From positions 64,001 through 108,641 of the IMG/VR virus record IMGVR_UViG_3300028031_000001: a stretch of DNA of 44,641 nucleotides; one strand, written 5' to 3'. This DNA is from a virus (Duplodnaviria; Heunggongvirae; Uroviricota; Caudoviricetes). Both the position numbers and the translations under genes were made by a program. The notes under the pieces were generated by a model, which ran no database searches, had not been told where the DNA came from, and saw only the letters and a list, made by a program, of their open reading frames with translations. This document shows positions 28,512 through 36,026 of this stretch, in pieces. Positions within the stretch are counted from its first letter, which is position 1. Each line of letters opens with the position of its first letter.

Positions 28512-28522
28512 ATGTTAAAATA
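28512..28522 (+). promoter_or_regulatory. Extended -10 promoter element upstream of the lysis genes
   Basis: ATGTTAAAATA matches the motif at 5093 and 12977; -35 is poor. Confidence 0.45.
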
Positions 28523-28608
28523 AGCCACACAAAAGGGCCAGCGGGAATCCTTATGGAATACAACACACAGCCGGAAAATTCTGAGCAAAAGATTGGAGCA
28601 GTATTGAA

Positions 28609-28959
28609 GTGGAAACTAATGTTTATTGGTTTATGTTTATCTTGGGGCTCATTTCTTTTGGCGGCATCGCAATTGCAGCCGCTGCTTTAGTTAAAAAAAC
28701 TCCAGATGCTATAAAAATCCAAACCGAAAGTATAGAAGATTTAAAAAAACTTTTAGATATACATATTGATGGAGGCGAGTTGGCGCGAACACAAATACAC
28801 GAAGCCATTATAGAGATTAAAAAGGTCGTTGATAATTTAAAATATCAACACGACCATTCTGACAAATTTGGCTTCGGAACGCAAAAAACAGAGAAAGAGC
28901 TTGGACAAGTTCACAACCTTTTAATACGCTTGATAGCGAAAATAGACGTGATGAAATGA
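28609..28959 (+). CDS. Putative holin (single N-terminal TM)
   Basis: One hydrophobic helix (VYWFMFILGLISFGGIAIAAAALV) then a charged coiled coil; directly before the endolysin. Confidence 0.5.
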   Translation: METNVYWFMFILGLISFGGIAIAAAALVKKTPDAIKIQTESIEDLKKLLDIHIDGGELARTQIHEAIIEIKKVVDNLKYQHDHSDKFGFGTQKTEKELGQVHNLLIRLIAKIDVMK

Positions 28960-29444
28960 AATTAACTGAAAATTTCAGCCTTAGAGAGTTTGAAGTATCT
29001 CAAACCGCAGCTCGTGGCGGTTATTCAAATAGAATTCCAGAGGAACTTATTGAAAATATAGAGGTCGTAGCTTACTGGTTGCAAGACTTAAGGGATAGAC
29101 TTGGGGAGGAGTGTGAAGAAAATATTCCACTATCGATATCATCAGGCTACAGAGGAGATAGGCTTAATAGGGAAATTAGAGGGTCTAAAAATTCAGCTCA
29201 CGTTAAAGCGCTCGCCGCTGACTTTACATCTAATACGCTAGGAGCACCATCGGTATTTAATTTTATACTACGCCAGCGTAACATGCGTTTCGATCAATGT
29301 ATTTTAGAATTTGACAAATGGGTTCATATTGGATTTAAAAGAAACAGAGCCCAAGAAAGAAATCAAATATTAATAGCTACAAAGAAGAGTAATTGGAGGG
29401 GAAAGATGGTTACTCACTACGAAGCAATTAAGCGTCCATTATAA
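28956..29444 (+). CDS. Endolysin, peptidase M15A family
   Basis: NFSLREF start, ISSGYR...LN....GS.NSAH...AADF, WVHIG. Confidence 0.9.
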   Translation: MKLTENFSLREFEVSQTAARGGYSNRIPEELIENIEVVAYWLQDLRDRLGEECEENIPLSISSGYRGDRLNREIRGSKNSAHVKALAADFTSNTLGAPSVFNFILRQRNMRFDQCILEFDKWVHIGFKRNRAQERNQILIATKKSNWRGKMVTHYEAIKRPL

Positions 29445-29461
29445 ATTACTGAGGATACACA

Positions 29462-30826
29462 ATGGCTGGAAACTTAACGGTTGAGCAGTTCGCCATTATC
29501 TGGAATGATACAGATAATTTTCCAACAATAAAATCTATAGCTAGACATACGGGATACAAGCCTTCTGCCATCAAGAGTAGAGCTAGTAAGATTAAAAAAA
29601 GATATCAAGATGGTAAGGATGCGCCAGAGCTTTTAAACCGAGGAAACATTAGGAAAAAGAAGCCATTGGTTACTGAGATGCGACACCGATATCTGGCAGA
29701 TATAACGGAAGAGCAGTTAGTGCAGATTCTACGTGACCTTGCTATAGCGCATGAAGATAAAGTCATAACTAGAAACTTTTTTCGAGCCCAGACTGACATA
29801 TCCGATTCTACTTGGAACAAATATTTCGGCACCTTTCAAGAATACAAACGTCAAGCTGGTTTAGAATTAACCAGAGAGCAGCACGCCCTTGAGCGACAAA
29901 CCGCTAAGCACGTTTCATCAGACCACTACCGAGACTTCAACACTCGCCACAACTATTCAGATCGATATAACAGACCCAACGGTAAGAAAATTCAAACCGT
30001 AATTGGTTGTAGTGACCTACATGACGAAGAGATTGATCCATTTTGGTTGAGAGTTTTTATTGAGACTTGCAAAATGGTTCAGCCGGACGTCATCAATTTT
30101 GGTGGAGACATCTTCGACTTACCCGAGTTTAGTAAGTTCGCAGTTGATCCAAGAGAATGGGACGTTGTTGGGCGAATCAAGTTCGTTCATAAAAACATCT
30201 TCCTGCCGCTGCGTGAGGTCTGTCCTGACGCGCAAATAGACTTCATTGAGGGAAACCATGAGTTTAGACTTATAAGGCACCTAGCGGACGCCACACCGGC
30301 CCTGAAGGCCATCCTGTCCGACCTATTAGGGCTGACAGTATCATCACTGCTTGGATTAGAAGAATTTGAGATAAATTATATCTCAAAAGGCGACCTTGCC
30401 GCATTCAATCAAGGCGATAAAAATCGAGAGGTAGAAAAATCCTATAAGATATACGACGATACCATACTTATTCATCACCACCCTCATGCGAAGAGCTGGG
30501 GACTGGCTGGTTGGAATGGTCATCATCATTCTTGGAAGGTAGACCACTTAAAGAACGTGGTCAACGGAGGCTATCAGTGGTTGCAGCTAGGAGCTGGTCA
30601 CAGGTTACGCGCTTCATACACAGAGGGAGAATTCTGGTCATTAGGATTCAACATCTGCCACTATAACAGGGAAACCAAATCGGTGCTTCATGAGTACGTA
30701 AATATTACCGATATGGCATGTGTGGGTGGGGTTTATTTTACCCGCACAGCGCAAGAAAGTATCGGAGAGTTTGCTATTCGTGGTAAGGGAGCAAATGAAA
30801 AAATCCAAAAAGGGTCGTCGTATTGA
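29462..30826 (+). CDS. Calcineurin-like metallophosphoesterase with N-terminal HTH-like and homing-endonuclease-associated repeat domains
   Basis: SDLHD, GGDIFD, GNHE, GHHH motifs; EEQLVQILRDLA...STWNKYFGTFQEYKRQAGL repeat-like unit. Confidence 0.85.
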   Translation: MAGNLTVEQFAIIWNDTDNFPTIKSIARHTGYKPSAIKSRASKIKKRYQDGKDAPELLNRGNIRKKKPLVTEMRHRYLADITEEQLVQILRDLAIAHEDKVITRNFFRAQTDISDSTWNKYFGTFQEYKRQAGLELTREQHALERQTAKHVSSDHYRDFNTRHNYSDRYNRPNGKKIQTVIGCSDLHDEEIDPFWLRVFIETCKMVQPDVINFGGDIFDLPEFSKFAVDPREWDVVGRIKFVHKNIFLPLREVCPDAQIDFIEGNHEFRLIRHLADATPALKAILSDLLGLTVSSLLGLEEFEINYISKGDLAAFNQGDKNREVEKSYKIYDDTILIHHHPHAKSWGLAGWNGHHHSWKVDHLKNVVNGGYQWLQLGAGHRLRASYTEGEFWSLGFNICHYNRETKSVLHEYVNITDMACVGGVYFTRTAQESIGEFAIRGKGANEKIQKGSSY

Positions 30827-31505
30827 TAGCGACGAATTAGATAGAACTTTTTACCAGAAAAGGGGTCGAAGACCAAAGATACGCGCACTTACGGAAGCGC
30901 AGGGTCATTACATAATAAGTGTTCAAGAGAATGACGTAACATTCGGTATAGGCCCAGCAGGAACGGGAAAAACTTACGTCTCTACCTGCTTAGCGGCAGA
31001 ATCTTTAAGCAAGGGTGATGTAGAAAAGATTATATTTTGCAGACCTATGGTAGGATGTGATGAAGATATGGGGGCATTACCGGGGGATATTCATCAAAAG
31101 TACGATCCTTGGGTGGAGCCTGTTGTGGAGGTTCTTGAGGAGCGTCTTGGTAGAAGTCAAGTGCAGATGTTTTTAAAGAACGGTAAGATACAAGCCAAGC
31201 CTATGATGTATATGCGAGGCAAAACGTTTGACAATAGCTTCGTAATTTTAGATGAGGCGCAAAACACAACACCGCAACAGATGAAAATGTTTTTAACGAG
31301 GATAGGTAACGAATCTATAGTGGTTGTAGATGGAGATTTGGATCAATCTGACCTTAAAGATAAGCGGGGAAACTCTAGACCAAACGGTTTAGAAGAAGCT
31401 GTTTATAATTTAAAGGATATAACAGGAATTGGTATAGTTCGTTTTGATATCCACGACATTGTTCGTAGCGGCTTGGTTAAAAGGATTTTAGAAGCTTACG
31501 CATAA
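30795..31505 (+). CDS. phoH: PhoH-family ATPase
   Basis: GPAGTGKT, RPMVG..E.MG.LPG, YMRGKTF, ILDEAQN, FLTRIG, GD..QSD, DIVRS. Start reassigned to the ATG at 30795 behind GGGAG. Confidence 0.95.
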   Translation: MKKSKKGRRIDSDELDRTFYQKRGRRPKIRALTEAQGHYIISVQENDVTFGIGPAGTGKTYVSTCLAAESLSKGDVEKIIFCRPMVGCDEDMGALPGDIHQKYDPWVEPVVEVLEERLGRSQVQMFLKNGKIQAKPMMYMRGKTFDNSFVILDEAQNTTPQQMKMFLTRIGNESIVVVDGDLDQSDLKDKRGNSRPNGLEEAVYNLKDITGIGIVRFDIHDIVRSGLVKRILEAYA

Positions 31506-31510
31506 AGTGC

Positions 31511-31539
31511 TTGCATATTGAATGGTTATACTGTATATT
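31511..31539 (+). promoter_or_regulatory. Sigma70 promoter of the replication module
   Basis: TTGCAT-17 nt-TATATT. Confidence 0.6.
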
Positions 31540-31564
31540 ATTTTAAAAATAAGAAGACTAAATT

Positions 31565-32323
31565 ATGAAAGTATTCACTGGTGGAAATGCGAGTCATAAA
31601 GTATATAGCGGACAGGTTGTTAAATATATTCGACCCTCTCTAGCTAAAAAAGAGTCTGGGTTATACAATACAAAATGGTGGGACTACCGTTTTCGGAATA
31701 ACGATAGCGGTAGTTTTTCACCTATGCATCCAATGGAAGCTACCCATCTTTTTGCCCATCACTTTATTATAGAATCAAAAAGGGCGCATTCTGAAAGAAT
31801 CGACAAAAATTCCTCCAATTTTAAAGTCCCCATCACTGATGGGAGTTTACTAAGAGCTAAGAAAGGTGTTGTGGTTAGCGCTTGGAAGGGTAGGCAGGCT
31901 GCTGATACGCTAGGAGTCCCATATAGTTATTGGTGTTCTCAAGCTATGCGCTATTCTGATATATTTAATTGGCAAACGCTACCTCTAATTAATCAAATAT
32001 ACTGTAAGACAGTTTCTGTAGAAAAAGATAATGCCATAAGTATAGTTGATTATATTTCAGAGCAATGGACTAAGCGAAAAAAATCTTACCTTCAAAGGGG
32101 GAGTAGCTTATTTTACAAAACCCACTACTCTAGCTTTCAACATCCATATCAAATCGAACACGCAACGCATTTATTAGATTATGCTAACCAGTCAAATGAT
32201 ACAACTAGGATGGTTATGGATTTGATAGAGGATGATTTTTTAAACGATAAATTAATACGAAATTATTTTGGCGAAAAAAGAGCTAAAATAATGTTAGAAA
32301 AAATTGCGGTATTATCCGCTTAA
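31565..32323 (+). CDS. Hypothetical protein
   Basis: 252-aa aromatic/basic ORF, first gene after the promoter. Confidence 0.7.
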   Translation: MKVFTGGNASHKVYSGQVVKYIRPSLAKKESGLYNTKWWDYRFRNNDSGSFSPMHPMEATHLFAHHFIIESKRAHSERIDKNSSNFKVPITDGSLLRAKKGVVVSAWKGRQAADTLGVPYSYWCSQAMRYSDIFNWQTLPLINQIYCKTVSVEKDNAISIVDYISEQWTKRKKSYLQRGSSLFYKTHYSSFQHPYQIEHATHLLDYANQSNDTTRMVMDLIEDDFLNDKLIRNYFGEKRAKIMLEKIAVLSA

Positions 32324-32339
32324 TCCGAGGAGTAGTAGA

Positions 32340-32594
32340 ATGGGCGAAAAACACAACAATAGCTTTAGAGAAGATTCAAGTTCAAAGCATCACGAAAAAG
32401 CGGTCGGACATGAAAGACCTTTAGCCTCAATGATAAAGCGCGGTAGGGATATTCACATCGAATTCGTAAATGATAAAGAACCAATCTCCGGCCTTATTAC
32501 AAGTTTTGATAAGTTTTCCATAACTGTGAATTTTGGCGGTGATATACCTATAACATATTTTAAACACAATATATCTGGCTTCACAGAGGTTTAA
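32340..32594 (+). CDS. hfq: Hfq/Sm-like RNA-binding protein
   Basis: GAGGAG SD then ATG 32340. ISGLITSFDKFSITV aligns to Hfq LQGQIESFDQFVILL, and YFKHNISG to VYKHAIST. Confidence 0.8.
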   Translation: MGEKHNNSFREDSSSKHHEKAVGHERPLASMIKRGRDIHIEFVNDKEPISGLITSFDKFSITVNFGGDIPITYFKHNISGFTEV

Positions 32595-32597
32595 TTT

Positions 32598-34001
32598 GTG
32601 AGTGAGGCGGAAGATAATGTCAAAGAGGCAATCGTTAAACAGTTGACTGGTAGTTTTGAGAACATCGAGTCTACATCAGAACCTATAGAGAAGTACGAAT
32701 TCGACGCTGAATTTCAGAGTCGAATCGCCTCTCTTATGGTTACAGATGTGGGTTTCGTTCGCAGAACTGACGGACTTATACTCCCAGACTATTTCGAAAA
32801 CGAATGTCAAGCTATTCTGGTCAACACTTGTCAGGAATATTTTGAAAGATATAAGAGTGTGCCCGCTAGTAATTCCGTATGGAAGCAACTGCTTGTGGAT
32901 AAAATTAAAGCTAAAAATCTTAGAAAAGATGTTGGGATTGAGGCCATCAAAGAAGTTTTCAAACTTCGTAAGAAAGATTTGTCCGATGCAAATTACGTAG
33001 TGGATGTTGTGGCTAAGTTTGCAAAGAATGCGGCGGTAGCTCAAGCAACTATGGAGATGATTGATTTAGCCGAGAAGGGTGACATGGAAGCCGCTCAAGA
33101 AATTATGGAGAAGGCATTTAGGGTTGGTGCTTCAGAAGAATTCACAGACCACGACTATTGGAATGAAATTGAGAGAAGAACCCAATACAGAAAAGATAAA
33201 CTGTCGGGATTGATTGCACCGGATGGCATCCCAACGGGAATTAAAAAGATCGATAGAGAGTTGTTCCACAAAGGCTGGGGCAGGAAAGAACTCACGGTAT
33301 TTATGGGTGGCGCTAAGAAAGGCAAATCTATGGCATTGGGTGAGTTCGCAGTTAGAGCGTCCAAGCTAGGCCACAACACGTTGTACTTAACGTGCGAAGT
33401 CTCTGAGGCCATAATACAGGATAGAATGGACGCCAACATATCATCCATAGAGATGGGTATGTTGGAATTAAACTTGAATGCGGTAGAAGCAAGTGTTAAA
33501 ACGAATAGAACTGCCGGGGTTGGAGAGCTTCGAGTTGCAGAATTTGCATCTGGAACTTTAAAGGTTAGTGGTATACGTAGAATTCTAGAAAGATATAGAG
33601 CTGATGGAATTATATTCGATATGATTGTTGTAGATTATGCGGACATCCTTGCTCCAGAGAACTACAATGCCAACAGCGCTATAGAAAACAGCAGACTGAT
33701 TTGGTTGGCTCTAAGAGCCTTAGCGTTTGAAGAGAATGCGGCTGTAATGACAGCAACACAAACTAATAGAGAAGGTTTTAAATCTACTGTGGCGAAGGCG
33801 GGGGACGTTGCGGACGACTTTAACAAGATACGGATAGCCGACTTGGTAATCTCAATCAACAGAGATGAAGATGAGACTAGAGAAGGTAAGGCTAGGTTGT
33901 TCTTTGCAGCGTCTCGAAATCAGGCTGGTGAATTTACAATACGCATCGAACAAGACTTGGCTAAAATGAAATTTGTTAAGAAGGTGACGGGGAGAGCATA
34001 A
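32598..34001 (+). CDS. dnaB: DnaB-like replicative helicase
   Basis: GIPTGIKKID, GGAKKGKS Walker A, IVVDYADIL Walker B, TATQTNR, ADLVISI, SRNQ. Confidence 0.9.
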   Translation: MSEAEDNVKEAIVKQLTGSFENIESTSEPIEKYEFDAEFQSRIASLMVTDVGFVRRTDGLILPDYFENECQAILVNTCQEYFERYKSVPASNSVWKQLLVDKIKAKNLRKDVGIEAIKEVFKLRKKDLSDANYVVDVVAKFAKNAAVAQATMEMIDLAEKGDMEAAQEIMEKAFRVGASEEFTDHDYWNEIERRTQYRKDKLSGLIAPDGIPTGIKKIDRELFHKGWGRKELTVFMGGAKKGKSMALGEFAVRASKLGHNTLYLTCEVSEAIIQDRMDANISSIEMGMLELNLNAVEASVKTNRTAGVGELRVAEFASGTLKVSGIRRILERYRADGIIFDMIVVDYADILAPENYNANSAIENSRLIWLALRALAFEENAAVMTATQTNREGFKSTVAKAGDVADDFNKIRIADLVISINRDEDETREGKARLFFAASRNQAGEFTIRIEQDLAKMKFVKKVTGRA

Positions 34002-34240
34002 TGGATGGATGGAAAGGTATAAAAAATGAATTGCCAACCGAATATACGCCTGTTAGAATACTTATCAGCGGTTGCATGTCAAGCTATGGGTATATGGTTG
34101 GCGCTGGTTGGGAGTTTTCTTATCCAGCTCACTATAAGTTACTAGATATAGAAAAAGTCACTCACTGGAAAACATTACCTGAGCAGAATTATGATTCTAG
34201 GATTTTACCTCCAGACGGGGAGAATTCTGTTGGACACTAG
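34001..34240 (+). CDS. DUF551-like small phage protein
   Basis: W..IKNELP...VTHWKTLPE. Confidence 0.7.
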   Translation: MDGWKGIKNELPTEYTPVRILISGCMSSYGYMVGAGWEFSYPAHYKLLDIEKVTHWKTLPEQNYDSRILPPDGENSVGH

Positions 34241-35312
34241 AGAACTAAATTCCCAACTAGAACAAATGGAGATAGAGGATTTTTTAGTTTGGTATGGGGT
34301 TGATTATAAAACGGGAACCGGAGCTTCTGGCCCTCAGCTTAACGTTAAAGAATGCCCATCTTGCGGTGGAAATTCTTGGAAGGTTTATATTGGAGCGGAG
34401 ACGGGATTAGGAAATTGTTTTCACGGAGATTGCGAAAAAACATTCAACAAATATTCTTTTATAAAATGCTTATTTAATAACAGCCATAAGGAAGCTATAA
34501 AAGAGATTGAAAAATATTCCAGAGAACTTGGTTGGAGACCTAAGAAAAAGAAAGCCCCGAAGAGACAATCGGTCACATTCATGATGCCCGAGACGGAAGA
34601 AATTAGTCGAGGTGGTATAGCTTATGATTACTTAATACGTCGGGGATTTTCAGAAGATGATATAGATTATTTTGGTTGGAAATATTGTAAAGAAGGTAGT
34701 ATAATTTTCTTTAATGAAAAAAATGAACAGTGCGAACAATGGTTTAGTAAGAGGTTGATATTTCCAGTTATAGATTTGAACGGAAAAATAGTTACCTTTC
34801 AGGGTCGGGACATAACCGATTCTGCGGACAAAAAATATAAATTTCCAGCAGGGCAACCGGGAACGGCAAAGTTTTTATATAACGGTAATAATGTTATAGG
34901 GAAAAGTCATATTATAATATGCGAGGGCGTAATGGACGTTGCCGCTACAAGATTTTCAATAGATCGTTCGCCAGAGTTGGAAGGTTGCGGTGTTGTAGGA
35001 ACATTCGGTAAGCACTTATCAAAATCAAAAAATAATAGTGACGACCAATATGGAAGGATTTTAAAGTTAAAAAATCTTGGCTTGGAAAAGGTTACATTTT
35101 TGTGGGATGGGGAGCCAAAAGCAATTAAGTCAGCTATAGAACACGCAATAGCGCTGAGAGGTCTTGGGCTTAATGTATCTGTCGCAACGCTGCCAATGGG
35201 TAAAGACCCAAACGAAGTATCAACTTCGGTAGTTATAAAGTCTATAAAGAATGCGGTAGTATTAACTCCATTACTTACTATAAAGTTGAAAATGCAATTC
35301 ATTAATAAATAA
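34191..35312 (+). CDS. DNA primase (Zn finger plus Toprim)
   Basis: CPSCGG...CFHGDC, YL..RG, RLIFPV, FQGR, ICEGVMD, LWDGE, KDPNE. True start may be ~34230 or ~34267. Confidence 0.9.
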   Translation: MILGFYLQTGRILLDTRELNSQLEQMEIEDFLVWYGVDYKTGTGASGPQLNVKECPSCGGNSWKVYIGAETGLGNCFHGDCEKTFNKYSFIKCLFNNSHKEAIKEIEKYSRELGWRPKKKKAPKRQSVTFMMPETEEISRGGIAYDYLIRRGFSEDDIDYFGWKYCKEGSIIFFNEKNEQCEQWFSKRLIFPVIDLNGKIVTFQGRDITDSADKKYKFPAGQPGTAKFLYNGNNVIGKSHIIICEGVMDVAATRFSIDRSPELEGCGVVGTFGKHLSKSKNNSDDQYGRILKLKNLGLEKVTFLWDGEPKAIKSAIEHAIALRGLGLNVSVATLPMGKDPNEVSTSVVIKSIKNAVVLTPLLTIKLKMQFINK

Positions 35313-35325
35313 ATTAGAGGAAATT

Positions 35326-35967
35326 ATGAAACCGATGATAATAACATTAACCGGCCCGTCTTGCGCTGGCAAAACTTACTTATTAAATAGTCTTTTAAAA
35401 GAATATCCGAATATATTTGCGAAACTATTAAGTGATACGACTAGAGAAAAACGAATTGATGAGAGTGAGGGTGACGAATATAATTTTATCAGTAAGGAAG
35501 ATTTTATACGTAAAAATATTAACGACGAATACTGTCAAACGGTAAGTTTTAACGGAATTAATTATGGAACTAAAAGGGAGGCGCTTACTTATGCCTTTGA
35601 AACTGGGTTAGTGCCAATAAGAATCGTCGAGCCCACAGGAATTGCGCAGTTCAGAAAAATATCACAAGAGCTAGGATGTATGTATTTTTCTGTATACGTG
35701 GACGAAGAACCTGTAGTTGTTATGTCTAGATGGATCGAACGTTATAGAAATGAAAAAAACCCTAACACAGAATATTACGCCCTTAGAATATTGCAAACTA
35801 TTTTTTCAGAAATAACATGGATAGATCAAGAGGACTACGACTTTTATTACAACGAAAGTATAGTCGACCCTCTCGAATTATCATACGCCTTAAGCAGAAT
35901 AGCCAGCGGCAACATGCCGATAAGTACGTGTAGAAAAATATTTCCTATGCCGGAAAATAATTCTTGA
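35326..35967 (+). CDS. gmk: Guanylate kinase-like nucleotide kinase
   Basis: LTGPSCAGKT, SDTTREKR..E.EG.EYNFIS...F, NYGT. Confidence 0.85.
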   Translation: MKPMIITLTGPSCAGKTYLLNSLLKEYPNIFAKLLSDTTREKRIDESEGDEYNFISKEDFIRKNINDEYCQTVSFNGINYGTKREALTYAFETGLVPIRIVEPTGIAQFRKISQELGCMYFSVYVDEEPVVVMSRWIERYRNEKNPNTEYYALRILQTIFSEITWIDQEDYDFYYNESIVDPLELSYALSRIASGNMPISTCRKIFPMPENNS

Positions 35968-35992
35968 CATTATACCGCTTTAAGTTTATTAT
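35964..35992 (+). promoter_or_regulatory. Sigma70 promoter
   Basis: TTGACA-17 nt-TATTAT. Confidence 0.75.
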
Positions 35993-36026
35993 TTAAAAAT
36001 AAGCAAAATAATAATTAGGAAATTAT

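Noticed and set aside
30720-30794. Track start of phoH
   Set aside because: No SD there; the ATG at 30795 has GGGAG and shortens the overlap.
32746-33000. Nested + strand ORFs (e.g. 1965..2147, 6771..6965, 26080..26268, 32746..33000, 42781..42975, 43034..43435, 44131..44385)
   Set aside because: They are out-of-frame overlaps of well-supported genes with no recognisable motifs.
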